Shown: positions 45,356 to 55,734 of the stretch, one piece after another
Position numbering within the stretch: position 1 is the stretch's first letter
Layout of the letters: each line of letters begins with the position of its first letter
Source: Patescibacteria group bacterium
GTDB taxonomy: Bacteria; Patescibacteriota; Patescibacteriia; Patescibacteriales; UBA12465
Length of the DNA stretch: 64,000 bases
Direction: 5' to 3'
Assembly (NCBI GenBank): GCA_035269015.1
Contig: DATFJU010000016.1
Coordinates: 4,610 to 68,609 of the forward strand
Position numbers and translations under genes: made by a program
The notes under the pieces: model-generated
Seen by the model: the letters and a program-made list of their open reading frames with translations, nothing else
Database searches by the model: none
What the model was told of the DNA's origin: nothing

Positions 45356-45925
45356 TTATTTCCTAATACTAATATCATAGTTAACTTGTTCAATCTTTTT
45401 CAAGTGTCCTCTAGCTTGATCATATTTAGTTCTTAGATAACCTGTGAAATCAAATTCAGTTAGAGAGGCTAGAAGTTCAGAAGCATCTTCACTAGCTCTT
45501 GTCACTTCCTTTATATTTTGTTTAGTAGCTTGATTAGTGGAGTATCTGGCCATCTCACCAACTAAATCTGATATAGCACCTAAGTATGATTCATGACTTA
45601 ATTTAACTCCTTTTAATTTTTCAATCTTAAACTTTGTTAACCATTGCCAAAAAAGATGAGCTTCTAAAAACTCTTCTATAGCTGCTTTGTATGAGCCTTC
45701 TTGTTCTAAGCGATTAACACCAAGATTTTTTTGTAGTTTTTTAATATCTTCCTCTAGTTGCTTTAAGTCAGTTTCAGCTTTTTTAAAATCTTGTCTATGT
45801 AGAGAAAAAATAATTCTTTTAGAATCGTGTAAAATAGGGTTGCTGGATTGAATTATTTTACTTCTTTCCTTCTTTTTCTCTATGTGTTCTTTTTTAAGCT
45901 TTAGAGCAAATGATTTTCTGATCAT
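45356..45925 (-). CDS. Translin-family protein
   Basis: All-helical, about 190 aa. YLGAISDLVGEMARY matches the translin G.xDLxGELxR signature region. Confidence 0.5.
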   Translation of the reverse strand: MIRKSFALKLKKEHIEKKKERSKIIQSSNPILHDSKRIIFSLHRQDFKKAETDLKQLEEDIKKLQKNLGVNRLEQEGSYKAAIEEFLEAHLFWQWLTKFKIEKLKGVKLSHESYLGAISDLVGEMARYSTNQATKQNIKEVTRASEDASELLASLTEFDFTGYLRTKYDQARGHLKKIEQVNYDISIRK

Positions 45926-45957
45926 AGAGTCTTAGTTATTTAGATTTAATTAAGTTA

Positions 45958-48900
45958 TTACTTTAATGATCTAAAAGCTTCATCTAAAGTAGTATATCCC
46001 TTTAGGGCTTTAATAACTCCATCTTGAAGCATAGTAACTGTTCCTGCCTTTATAGCTAGTTCTTCTATTTCGTGGTCAATAACTTCTTGGCTTTGAATGG
46101 CTTTTCTAATTTCGTTGGATACTTCCATAACTTCATAGATACCAATTCTGCCCTTATAACCTAAACTGTTGCATTTAGGACAGCCTTTACCTTTATAGAA
46201 CTTTAATTCTGATGGAATTTCAACTTTTGCTTTATCGCTAATACTATCTAAAACTTCTTTAACATCATTTAGTTGTTTTTCATCAATTTTAATCTCTTCC
46301 TTACAATGAGGACAAACTCTTCTAGCTAGTCTTTGTCCTATTGAAGCTTCTAGAGCGCTAGCAAGTAGTTGTCTAGGTACATTTAGTCCACTTAAACGAC
46401 TAACTGCACTAGCTGCGCTGTTAGCATGTAAAGTGGAGAGAACAAGGTGTCCAGTAGTAGCTGCTTCAATGGCCATATTAGCAGTTTCTTCATCTCTAAT
46501 TTCACCGACCATCATAATATTAGGATTTTGGCGAAGTAGTGATTTCATGGCTGCGGCGAAGGTGTAGCCTTGGTCCGCATCAATTTGTGTTTGCATAAGT
46601 CCAGGCATTTGGTATTCTATTGGATCTTCTACAGTAATAATCTTTACATCTGGAGTATTTAATTTATTTAAAGCAGAATAAAGAGTAGTAGTTTTACCTG
46701 AACCAGTAGGACCAGTAGTGATTATAATACCTTTAGTTTTAGAAATGGATCTGGTTAGCGGTTCTAAACTGTATTTTTCCATACCTAATTCTTTAAGATC
46801 AAGGCTTTGAGCTTGTGATGCTAGCAGACGAATTACAATAGTTTCACCATAACCTCCTGATATAATAGAAACACGACTATCAGCTTTTTTCTCAGGCATT
46901 TTAATACTAAAACGACCATCAATTGTAGGCTTTTTTATATTTGTAGCTACACCAATTAATATTTTTATTTTTGATAATAATGGTAAATAATGGTCTTTTG
47001 ATAAATCAAGCACATCATGTAATACCCCGTCTATTCTAAAGCGTAATTTAACAGTATTTTCAGTTGGTTCAATATGAATATCACCGGCTTCAGATTCTAC
47101 TGCCATAGCAATAATTATCTTAAGTAATTTTTTCACAGGTACATCTTTAAAACTGGTATTAATATTTGCTAAATCTTCACTTAATTTTTTAGCTTCATCA
47201 ATATCTTCTTGACTAATCTTTATACCTCTACCTATAGTTTGAGAAATAACAATATCATATAGTTCATCAATATAGTCAGTATTACCAATTACTCTATATA
47301 TTTCTTCTAAACTAGTTAATCCTTTTATAGCTTTCAAAACACCGTCTTGAAGCATGGTAATCATGCCATTTTCAATAGCTTGTTGTAGTATTTTAAAAGA
47401 GGCAGCACTTTTCATAATAAGCTCTTTTATTTCATCATTTAAGGTAAATATTTCATATATACCAACTCTTCCTTTGTAACCAAGACCATTACATTTTTCG
47501 CAACCTTTGGGGTTTTTTTTATATAGTTTTGGAATATCTGTAGGGACTTCAATATTAGCTCTTGGTGAGATTACAGCTAGTATTTTTTTAAGTTTTTCCT
47601 CTTCTTCTTCATTAGGTTGATATTCTATTTTACAATCATTACACAGTTTTCTAACCAATCTTTGACCAATAACAGCATTAATTGAAGGAACTAAAAAATA
47701 TGGTTTTACTCCCATATCTATTAAACGAGGAATAACTCCTGAAGCATCATTTGTATGCAAAGTAGATAACACTAAGTGACCAGTTAAACTAGCCTGTACT
47801 GATATTTCTGCTGTATCAAGATCACGAATTTCACCAACCATCACAATATCTGGGTCTTGTCTTAAAACAGAGCGTAACCCATTGGCAAAAGTATATTCTT
47901 TTTTTCTGTCAATCTGACTTTGGTTTACTCCTTCTAATTGATATTCAATTGGATCTTCTAAAGTAACTATTTTAGTTCCCGGTTCATTAAGTTTATTTAA
48001 AATAGAGTATAGAGTGGTAGTTTTACCTGAACCCGTAGGACCAGTTGTTAGTATTAATCCATTAGGCTTTTTAATTTCTTCTTTTAATATTTCAAAAGCT
48101 CCCTCACTAAGTCCCAATTCTTCAAACCCTAGCTGAATAGATCCTGATCTGAGTATTCTCATTACAACACTTTCTCCGAAGGCTGTAGGTAAAAATGAAG
48201 CACGTACATCAATCTGTTCTTTAGGTAAATGAATTTTAAATCTACCATCTTGAGGTTTCCCTTCAATATTTATTTTTACACCGGCTAAAAGCTTTAAACG
48301 GGAAATAATTCTTTTCCATTGTTCTTTTTTAATGGTTGCTGCTTCTTGTAAAACACCATCAATTCTTAGTCTTACTACTATTTCCTTTTCTTCAGCTTCA
48401 ATATGCACATCACTAACATCGACTTTAATAGCAGTAGCTAAAATAAGGGTAACAATATCACTAATATTTACTTCATTTATCTTTTCATCTAGTTTTTTAT
48501 AGTCTGTGATTTCGTTTTTAAATTTTTCTAAATCTTCAGCTGGAATTTCTACACCGCTATCGTATTTTTTTACTTTAGGTATAGATTTATATACTTCTAA
48601 AGAGTAATTGAAACTATGATCAGAAATTAAATATATCTTGCTTTTAGTATAATATTTAGCATTAATTCTTTCTTTTATTTCTTTAGCTGCTTTAGCTTCA
48701 GGATCAGTAGTAGCTAAGCGAACATTAGTTCCATCATAATAAAAGCAAATAACTTCTTTTTCTTTAGCCTCTTCTTCATCTATTAATACGATTGCGTCAG
48801 GACTTATAGGAAAAGCAAATAGATCAACATATTCTAAACCTGCTTTCTCAGCTTTAGCCATAGTTTGCGCTTCCATTTCTTTTATTTTGATTTCTTTTTG

Positions 48901-48987
48901 TTTTTTAGCTAATTTTCCTTGGACAGTATCTCCATCTTGAACTTTCTTAGAATTAATTAAATTATCAATAGAGTTATAATCAGACAT
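45958..48987 (-). CDS. Type II/IV secretion (PilB/GspE-family) ATPase with two complete tandem ATPase modules
   Basis: An N-terminal T2SSE_N-like domain (aa 1-135). Module 1 spans about aa 172-569 and has Walker A GPTGSGKTT at aa 316-324, Walker B IVTLEDPIEY, a GEIRD Asp box, a TGHLVLSTLHTND His box, and CNDC...CEKC. Module 2 spans about aa 615-1009 and carries the same set: Walker A at aa 759-767, IITVEDPIEY, GEIRD, TGHLVLSTLHANS, and CPHC...CPKC. Confidence 0.85.
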   Translation of the reverse strand: MSDYNSIDNLINSKKVQDGDTVQGKLAKKQKEIKIKEMEAQTMAKAEKAGLEYVDLFAFPISPDAIVLIDEEEAKEKEVICFYYDGTNVRLATTDPEAKAAKEIKERINAKYYTKSKIYLISDHSFNYSLEVYKSIPKVKKYDSGVEIPAEDLEKFKNEITDYKKLDEKINEVNISDIVTLILATAIKVDVSDVHIEAEEKEIVVRLRIDGVLQEAATIKKEQWKRIISRLKLLAGVKINIEGKPQDGRFKIHLPKEQIDVRASFLPTAFGESVVMRILRSGSIQLGFEELGLSEGAFEILKEEIKKPNGLILTTGPTGSGKTTTLYSILNKLNEPGTKIVTLEDPIEYQLEGVNQSQIDRKKEYTFANGLRSVLRQDPDIVMVGEIRDLDTAEISVQASLTGHLVLSTLHTNDASGVIPRLIDMGVKPYFLVPSINAVIGQRLVRKLCNDCKIEYQPNEEEEEKLKKILAVISPRANIEVPTDIPKLYKKNPKGCEKCNGLGYKGRVGIYEIFTLNDEIKELIMKSAASFKILQQAIENGMITMLQDGVLKAIKGLTSLEEIYRVIGNTDYIDELYDIVISQTIGRGIKISQEDIDEAKKLSEDLANINTSFKDVPVKKLLKIIIAMAVESEAGDIHIEPTENTVKLRFRIDGVLHDVLDLSKDHYLPLLSKIKILIGVATNIKKPTIDGRFSIKMPEKKADSRVSIISGGYGETIVIRLLASQAQSLDLKELGMEKYSLEPLTRSISKTKGIIITTGPTGSGKTTTLYSALNKLNTPDVKIITVEDPIEYQMPGLMQTQIDADQGYTFAAAMKSLLRQNPNIMMVGEIRDEETANMAIEAATTGHLVLSTLHANSAASAVSRLSGLNVPRQLLASALEASIGQRLARRVCPHCKEEIKIDEKQLNDVKEVLDSISDKAKVEIPSELKFYKGKGCPKCNSLGYKGRIGIYEVMEVSNEIRKAIQSQEVIDHEIEELAIKAGTVTMLQDGVIKALKGYTTLDEAFRSLK

Positions 48988-49078
48988 ATGAAGTAATAGT
49001 TATTAAATTACTATATATTTATATATAGTTCTTATATATAGTTTTTATTTATATAGTAATATAAAAAATAATGGAAAA

Positions 49079-50083
49079 TTATTTTTTACCCTTTTTCTTT
49101 TTGTTAGCTTTTTTTGCTTTTTCTTTATCTTTTAACCTTTTAATTTTACTAACTCCTTTTTTATCAAGTAATTCAAGAAAAAGCTTTGTCCAAGAATTAA
49201 TTAAAAAGGCTGTTAACATAGATCCAAGCCATATAATAGCTAATAATAAAACGGTTAGACCTAAAAATGTTATTAACCAAAAGATAGCAAAGTTAGCAAA
49301 GATGAGACTTAAGATTATAAACGGAGCTACAAGTGCAAATATAGCTATTAGCATTATTAAGCCCACAAATATGTTTACTATTACTAAAATAAAGGCCATT
49401 TCTATACTAACAACCCAATTTTTGGAAAATAGTTTAAAGGCATTATCAATTGCTTCTGTAAATTTATTACCTTTAATAACAATATAAGCAATAGCGTATT
49501 TTGCTATTAAAGAGAGACCTATTACAACGGGAACAAAAATTAAAAATAAGATAATGTAAATTGCAATTGGTAGCCAGGAGTTAGAAGCTGTTAAGATAAT
49601 AGGGAGGGTTATTAAAAAGAATATACAAGTAATAATTACTTTAATTAATACATTTACACCTAGTACTGGCCAAAAATTTGCTTGTCCTGTTAGCATACCT
49701 TTACTAATACCTAAATCTTTCTTTTCTTTGTTATATAATTTTTTAGCTTGATCAACTAAAGCTGCTTGTGAACTGATTGTTATAATAACTAAAAGTATAG
49801 ATATTGCTAGAGTTAAAATTAATAGAATAATACTAATTAAAGCTCCTCTAGGATCCTCTGCAAAATAAGGACCAATGTTTGACCATAATTCAGGATTGAA
49901 AATTGTTAAAAAACGATCCATTCCATTTGAAACTGTATTGCTGTTGTTTTCAATAATACTATTTATTATTTGATACTCACCACCAGCGCCTAAGAAGGTA
50001 GCAAATAAACCAAAGAACCAAAGATACTTGTTGTGCCAAGTGATTTTTAGTGATTGTCTTAAGATTTTACGATAAGAAAACAT
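49079..50083 (-). CDS. Polytopic membrane protein, unknown function (GPDPase-membrane-domain-like), with a lysine-rich tail
   Basis: The N-terminus YRKILRQSLKITWHNKYLWFFGLF and about 7 TM segments resemble the DUF/GPDPase_memb family. It is preferred over the antisense ORF at 49071-49487. Confidence 0.5.
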   Translation of the reverse strand: MFSYRKILRQSLKITWHNKYLWFFGLFATFLGAGGEYQIINSIIENNSNTVSNGMDRFLTIFNPELWSNIGPYFAEDPRGALISIILLILTLAISILLVIITISSQAALVDQAKKLYNKEKKDLGISKGMLTGQANFWPVLGVNVLIKVIITCIFFLITLPIILTASNSWLPIAIYIILFLIFVPVVIGLSLIAKYAIAYIVIKGNKFTEAIDNAFKLFSKNWVVSIEMAFILVIVNIFVGLIMLIAIFALVAPFIILSLIFANFAIFWLITFLGLTVLLLAIIWLGSMLTAFLINSWTKLFLELLDKKGVSKIKRLKDKEKAKKANKKKKGKK

Positions 50084-50251
50084 AATTTTAAATTAATATA
50101 GCTAAAAAGCCTTTTTTAATTAGTATTTTATATATATAATTATACCATAAGAACCAATACTTGCCAATTTAAGTGCTTTCAGATAATTGCTAAATAAAAT
50201 TAAATAATATACAATAAAAATACTAATGTATAAATATATAAGTGATATATT

Positions 50252-50929
50252 ATGAAAATAAAAACAGTGTTTAAAATTACTCAAAATTCACGTCATGAGT
50301 TTATTTCTAAAGTTATAGACTCAAGTTCTCCAAATGTAGAGTTTTATTTTTTGGTAATTATATCTACTTTAATTGTTACTTTTGGCTTAGCCTCTAATAA
50401 TCTTATTTTAGTTATTGGTGGTATGTTAGTAACACCATTACTTTTTCCGATTCTGGCAATCTCTTTAGGTGTGGCAACCAATGAAAATAAATTATTACTA
50501 AGATCAATTAAAGTTTTTCTATTTTCTATTATCTTAGCCTTTATCATTTCTTTTATTGTTGGTTTTTTAACTAAAGTATATATTTATAGAATTGATTTAA
50601 TAACAATAATGAAACCTTCATGGTTTTCTTTTGTGGTTGCTATCACTGCTGGTGTTGCTGCTAGTTATAGTTGGGCTAAACCTAATTTAGATAATGTTTT
50701 ACCTGGAACAGCTATTACAGTTACTTTAATTCCTCCTTTAACTGCTTTAGGATTAGTGTTGGGAGAACAAAGTTGGTTTTTGTTTTTTAGAATTTTAGAA
50801 TTTTTTGTTTTAAATATTTTTGGTATTATTGCAGGAAGTTTGTTAATATTTTTACTTATGGATTTCTATAAAGCAAAAACTAAAGCTTCCAAGGAAACTA
50901 AATTAGAAGCTAAGAAGTTAGCTAAATAA
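50252..50929 (+). CDS. DUF389-family membrane protein
   Basis: Repeated TM pairs with GGMLVTPLLFPILAISLG and LPGTAITVTLIPPL, typical of DUF389/TIGR00341. Confidence 0.6.
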   Translation: MKIKTVFKITQNSRHEFISKVIDSSSPNVEFYFLVIISTLIVTFGLASNNLILVIGGMLVTPLLFPILAISLGVATNENKLLLRSIKVFLFSIILAFIISFIVGFLTKVYIYRIDLITIMKPSWFSFVVAITAGVAASYSWAKPNLDNVLPGTAITVTLIPPLTALGLVLGEQSWFLFFRILEFFVLNIFGIIAGSLLIFLLMDFYKAKTKASKETKLEAKKLAK

Positions 50930-50986
50930 ACAAATAATAATTTGTTAAAAGTATATTAAAATATTTTAAATTATAATATTAGGTGT

Positions 50987-52198
50987 ATGAAAAACAATAT
51001 TAATAATAAAGGTATAGAAGAGTTGGTGACTAGGGGTGTGGAAGAAGTTTATCCTGATAAAGCTAGTTTAGAAAAAAAATTAAAAAGTGGCGAGAAGATT
51101 AAATTGTACTGTGGTTTTGATCCTAGTGCTAAATCATTACATATCGGCCATGCTATTTTGATAAATAAACTGGCACAATTTCAAAAACTTGGACATGAAG
51201 TAATATTTTTAATAGGTGATTTTACCGGCATGATAGGTGATCCTACTGATAAAAGTTCTGTTAGAAAAAAGTTAAGCAGAGAAGAAGTACTTGTAAATAG
51301 TAAGGACTATCAAAAGCAAGCTTCTTCCTTTTTAGATTTTGAAGGCAAAAATTCTGCTGTAGTAAAATATAATAGTGAGTGGAATGATAAATTAAACTTT
51401 AAAGATTTAATTGAATTATCATCACATTTTACTGTTCAACAGATGCTACAAAGAGATATGTTTCAAAAAAGGCAGGAGGAAGAAAAGCCTATATATCTTC
51501 ATGAATTTCTATATCCACTTACTCAAGCATATGATACTGTAGCCATGGATATAGATTTAGAAATTGGTGGTAATGATCAGATGTTTAACATGATGTGTGG
51601 TAGGGATTTAATAAGGACTTTAAAGAATAAGGAGAAATTTGTTTTAACTATGAAGCTTTTAGCTGATGAAAATGGTAAGAAAATGGGTAAAAGTGAAGGT
51701 AATGCAGTTTTTTTGGATGAGGAAGCTAGTGAAATATATGGAAAAGTGATGTCTTGGCCTGACAAATTTATGTCAGTTGCTTTTGAGTTGTGTACGCAAA
51801 CAGAGTGGCAAGAAGTAAAAGAAATTCAAAAAGAATTAAAGACTAAAGATGCTAATTTTAGAGATATAAAAATGAAATTAGCTAAAGAAATCACCGCTAG
51901 TATAAAAGGTGTTAAAGAAGCGCAATCTGCCGAAGAATACTTTGTTAAAACTATTCAAAAAAAAGAAGTACCTGATAATATAGAAGAGCTTTCATTAAAA
52001 AAGGATAGTTTGAATATTTTAGAGTTACTTGTTTTAACAAAGTTAACAACAAGTAAAGGTGAGGCGCGTAGATTAATTAATCAAAGTGGTGTAAAAATTG
52101 ATGGTGAACTTGTTAGTGCTGTAGATTTAGAAGTAAATTTAGATAAAACTAGATTAATACAAAAAGGTAAAAGACATTTTCTGAAAGTAAAAAAATAG
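50987..52198 (+). CDS. tyrS: Tyrosyl-tRNA synthetase
   Basis: Class I HIGH (LHIGHAI) and KMSKS-like KMGKS motifs. The YCGFDPSA start and a C-terminal S4 domain are also present. Confidence 0.9.
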   Translation: MKNNINNKGIEELVTRGVEEVYPDKASLEKKLKSGEKIKLYCGFDPSAKSLHIGHAILINKLAQFQKLGHEVIFLIGDFTGMIGDPTDKSSVRKKLSREEVLVNSKDYQKQASSFLDFEGKNSAVVKYNSEWNDKLNFKDLIELSSHFTVQQMLQRDMFQKRQEEEKPIYLHEFLYPLTQAYDTVAMDIDLEIGGNDQMFNMMCGRDLIRTLKNKEKFVLTMKLLADENGKKMGKSEGNAVFLDEEASEIYGKVMSWPDKFMSVAFELCTQTEWQEVKEIQKELKTKDANFRDIKMKLAKEITASIKGVKEAQSAEEYFVKTIQKKEVPDNIEELSLKKDSLNILELLVLTKLTTSKGEARRLINQSGVKIDGELVSAVDLEVNLDKTRLIQKGKRHFLKVKK

Positions 52199-52199
52199 T

Positions 52200-53939
52200 A
52201 TGAATATTTTAGAAAAGTTAAAACAAAATATAGTTATTGAAGTAAATAAAATTTTTAGTGAGCATGAAATAAGTAGCACTGACATTGTTTTTCCTCCTAA
52301 AAATGAACAAGGTGATTTGTGTTTACCAAGTTTTGAGTTAGCTAAAAAAAATAAAAAAAATCCAATTCAAATAGCTGATAGTTTAGAGAATAAATTAGAA
52401 AAGATTGAAGGGATAAAAGAGTTTAAAGCACAGGGCCCTTATTTAAATTTTATTTTAGATAAAGATTATATAGTATCTGAAACTCTAAGTGCTATTTTTA
52501 AAGAAAAAAATAAATATGGTCAAAACCAAGAATTTAAAGGTAAAAAGATAATGATAGAGTTTGCTCACCCTAATCCTTTTAAAGCTTTTCATATAGGTCA
52601 TCTTAGAAATATTATTTTAGGGGAGTCGCTTGTAAGAATTTTTGAGTTTAGTTCTGCACAAGTAATTCGTACTAATTATCAAGGTGATGTTGGTATGCAT
52701 ATAGCTAAATGTATATGGGCCTTTAGAAAAATAGATGAAAAAGATTATCCTGAAAACATTAATGAAAGAGTTTCTTTATTGGCTGATTGTTATAGTAAAG
52801 GTGCAGGTGCTTTTGAAAGTGATGCTATAGCAAAGAGTGAGATAGAGATTATTAATAAAGAAATATATGAACAAGAAGACAAAGATATTAAAAAGCTTTG
52901 GGAGTTAGGAAAAAAATGGAGTTTAGATAAATTTGCACAAATATATAAAAGATTGGATACTCGTTTCGATCGTCAGTATATGGAGTCAGAGATAAAAAAT
53001 GAGGCTATTTATTATATTGAAGAAGCTCTTAAAAAAAAGATATTAATTAGAAGTGAGGGAGCTGTCATATTTCCTGGAGATAAGTATGGCCTAGAAACTA
53101 GGGTTTTTTTGAACTCTCAGGGACTACCAACATATGATGGTAAAGAACTGGGTTTAGCTTATAGAGAATTTACTGATTTTGGTAAGATTGATTTATGTAT
53201 TCATAATGTAGCGGTAGAGCAAATTAGTTTCTTTAAGGTAAATTTTAAAGTACAAGAGCTCTTAGATCCACAAAGGTTTAAAGACAAACAAAAACATAAT
53301 GCTTATGAATTTGTAGGTTTAAAAAAAGGAAAGATGTCTTCACGTTTAGGCAAAGTAGTTTTAGCAGAGACAATTATTGATTTAGCTAAAGATAAAATTA
53401 AAGAGATTATTTGTGACAGAAAAAATAATGATGAGAATAATTTTAGTATTAAAGACAATACTGAAGAAGTTTCAGAAAAATTAGCCATTAGTTCAATTAA
53501 ATATGCCTTTTTAAAGATCAATCCTTTTAAATATTTTGCTTTTGATGTAGAAGAAAGTGTAAGTTTTTCTGGTAATTCAGGACCATATATTAACTATACC
53601 TATGCTAGAATAAATAGTATCTTAAAAAAGGGAAAGCCTGGTAAGTTAAGTAAAAATATATATAAGTATTTAAACTATGACGAGGAAAAAGATTTAATTG
53701 TACATTTATCTAAGTTTCCTCAAATAATAATAGATTCAAGAAGAGAATATAATCCTTCTGAATTAGTTAAATATTTATTTGAACTTTCAAAAAAATTCAA
53801 TGATTATTATCATAAAGTACCTATTATTAAAGCAAATGATAAAGAGAAAAAGGCTAGATTGAAATTACTACAAGCTCTTAGTCAGGTTTTAGAAAATGGT
53901 GCCTACCTTTTAGGGTTTGAATTAGTTCAAGATATGTAA
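52200..53939 (+). CDS. argS: Arginyl-tRNA synthetase
   Basis: FAHPNPFKAFHIGHLRN, the MSSRLGK motif, and a C-terminal DALR-type anticodon-binding domain. Confidence 0.9.
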   Translation: MNILEKLKQNIVIEVNKIFSEHEISSTDIVFPPKNEQGDLCLPSFELAKKNKKNPIQIADSLENKLEKIEGIKEFKAQGPYLNFILDKDYIVSETLSAIFKEKNKYGQNQEFKGKKIMIEFAHPNPFKAFHIGHLRNIILGESLVRIFEFSSAQVIRTNYQGDVGMHIAKCIWAFRKIDEKDYPENINERVSLLADCYSKGAGAFESDAIAKSEIEIINKEIYEQEDKDIKKLWELGKKWSLDKFAQIYKRLDTRFDRQYMESEIKNEAIYYIEEALKKKILIRSEGAVIFPGDKYGLETRVFLNSQGLPTYDGKELGLAYREFTDFGKIDLCIHNVAVEQISFFKVNFKVQELLDPQRFKDKQKHNAYEFVGLKKGKMSSRLGKVVLAETIIDLAKDKIKEIICDRKNNDENNFSIKDNTEEVSEKLAISSIKYAFLKINPFKYFAFDVEESVSFSGNSGPYINYTYARINSILKKGKPGKLSKNIYKYLNYDEEKDLIVHLSKFPQIIIDSRREYNPSELVKYLFELSKKFNDYYHKVPIIKANDKEKKARLKLLQALSQVLENGAYLLGFELVQDM

Positions 53940-53959
53940 ATAGAGATTAATTAATATAT

Positions 53960-55351
53960 ATGACAAAAAACAACAATCAATTAGATAAAATTATAGCTTT
54001 AGCCAAACGACGCGGTTTTGTTTATCCATCTTCAGAAATATATGGAGGTTTTAGTGCTATATATGACCTTGGACCATATGGATCTCTGCTGGCTAAAAAT
54101 ATAAAGGATTATTGGTGGAAAAAAATGACACAAGAACAAGAAAATATTGTTGGTCTTGATTCCGCTATATTTACCAGCCCTAAAGTTTGGGAAGCTAGTG
54201 GTCATGTTTCAGGTTTTAGTGATCCTTTGATAGAGTGTAAAAACTGTAATGCTCGGTTAAGAGCTGACACCTTGCTTGAGGAAGTGGGAGTTTTTGCAGA
54301 TGAGAAAATGCCAGAGAAAGAGATTGTAGATATATTTTTAAAGAATCAAGATAAAATTAAATGTCCTAATTGTGGTAAGCAAGATTTTAGTAAACCTAAA
54401 AACTTTAATCTGCTAGTTAAATCTAACCTAGGTAATTTTACCGGAGATTTTGAGAAAGATCCTGTATATTTAAGAGGTGAAACTGCTCAAGGAATCTACA
54501 TTAATTACAAAAATGTCATGGATACTAGTAGGGTAAAGATTCCTTTTGGTATTGCTCAAATTGGAAAAGCTTTTAGGAATGAAATTACTGCTCGTCAATT
54601 TATATTTAGAACTAGAGAGTTTGAACAAATGGAAATGCAATACTTTATTCATCCAGATATGACTAAAGATGAGTATGAGAAATTAAAGAAGGAAAGATGG
54701 CAATTTTATCTTGACTTAGGAATAAAAGAAGAGAATTTAAGATGGTATAAGCATGAGAAGTTGGCTTTTTATGCTAAAGAAGCTTATGACATAGAATATG
54801 ATTATCCTTTTGGCTTTAAAGAACTAGAAGGTGTTCATGCTAGAGGTGATTATGACCTATCTCAACATAGTAAGTATAGCGGTCAGAATTTAGAATATTT
54901 AGATCCTGAGACAAAAGAAAAATATATCCCTCATGTTATTGAGGCTTCTGGAGGTGTAGGTAGAACCTTCTTGGCAGTTATTTGTGATGCTTATCAAGAA
55001 GAAGAGCTAGAAAAAGATACTAGAGTAGTTTTAAAGATAGATAAAAAGATAGCTCCAATTAAGGTAGCAATATTTCCACTTCTTAAAAACAAAGAGAAAC
55101 TTTTTAATAAAGCTAAAGAGATATATAATAACTTAAAGAAATATTATTACTGTGAGTTTGACAGTAGTGGTAATATTGGTAAGCGTTACCGTAGACAAGA
55201 TGAAATAGGAACACCATATTGTGTAACGGTTGATTTTGAAAGTTTAGATAATAAAGATGTTACTATTAGAGATAGAGATACTATGGAGCAAGTTAGGGTG
55301 AAAATAGAGGATTTAAAAGATTATTTAGATAAAAGGTTAGTTGATCTATAG
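53960..55351 (+). CDS. glyQS: Glycyl-tRNA synthetase (class II, alpha2 type)
   Basis: RRGFVYPSSEIYGG, FRNEITARQFIFRTREFEQME (motif 2), and GVGRTF (motif 3). The C-terminal anticodon-binding domain ends RYRRQDEIGTPYCVTVD. Confidence 0.9.
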   Translation: MTKNNNQLDKIIALAKRRGFVYPSSEIYGGFSAIYDLGPYGSLLAKNIKDYWWKKMTQEQENIVGLDSAIFTSPKVWEASGHVSGFSDPLIECKNCNARLRADTLLEEVGVFADEKMPEKEIVDIFLKNQDKIKCPNCGKQDFSKPKNFNLLVKSNLGNFTGDFEKDPVYLRGETAQGIYINYKNVMDTSRVKIPFGIAQIGKAFRNEITARQFIFRTREFEQMEMQYFIHPDMTKDEYEKLKKERWQFYLDLGIKEENLRWYKHEKLAFYAKEAYDIEYDYPFGFKELEGVHARGDYDLSQHSKYSGQNLEYLDPETKEKYIPHVIEASGGVGRTFLAVICDAYQEEELEKDTRVVLKIDKKIAPIKVAIFPLLKNKEKLFNKAKEIYNNLKKYYYCEFDSSGNIGKRYRRQDEIGTPYCVTVDFESLDNKDVTIRDRDTMEQVRVKIEDLKDYLDKRLVDL

Positions 55352-55375
55352 TGAATATATTGTTAATAAAATTAA

Positions 55376-55684
55376 TTGATTAATATGTATAAGGATTTTT
55401 TTAAATTTTTAAAAGAATATAAGATTGTTAGTTTAGGAATAGCTTTTATTATAGGTGTAGCTAGTACTTCATTGGTTAACTCATTGGTTAATGATATTAT
55501 AATGCCAATAATATCACCTTTCTTGTTTGGAGAATCATGGAGAAGCGCTTCATTGAATATCGGACCCGTTATTATTAAATGGGGTTCTTTTTTAGCAGAA
55601 TTATTTAATTTTGCTATTTTAGCTTTTATTGTATTTTTCATTGCTAAAAAAATTCTAAAAGAAAAAGAAATTAAAAAAAAGTAA
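55376..55684 (+). CDS. mscL: Large-conductance mechanosensitive channel
   Basis: FLKEYKIVSLGIAFIIGVA...LVNDIIMPII, a second TM segment and a basic tail. It is preferred over the antisense ORF at 55372-55641. Confidence 0.85.
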   Translation: MINMYKDFFKFLKEYKIVSLGIAFIIGVASTSLVNSLVNDIIMPIISPFLFGESWRSASLNIGPVIIKWGSFLAELFNFAILAFIVFFIAKKILKEKEIKKK

Positions 55685-55734
55685 TTTATTATTTCATTAG
55701 CAAATACTCATACTACTTGTATTAGTATTAGTAG

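Noticed and set aside
49071-49487. 138-aa plus-strand ORF overlapping the 334-aa minus-strand membrane protein
   Set aside because: The minus-strand ORF is much longer, has a coherent multi-TM architecture and a recognisable N-terminal family pattern. The plus ORF is its mirror image.
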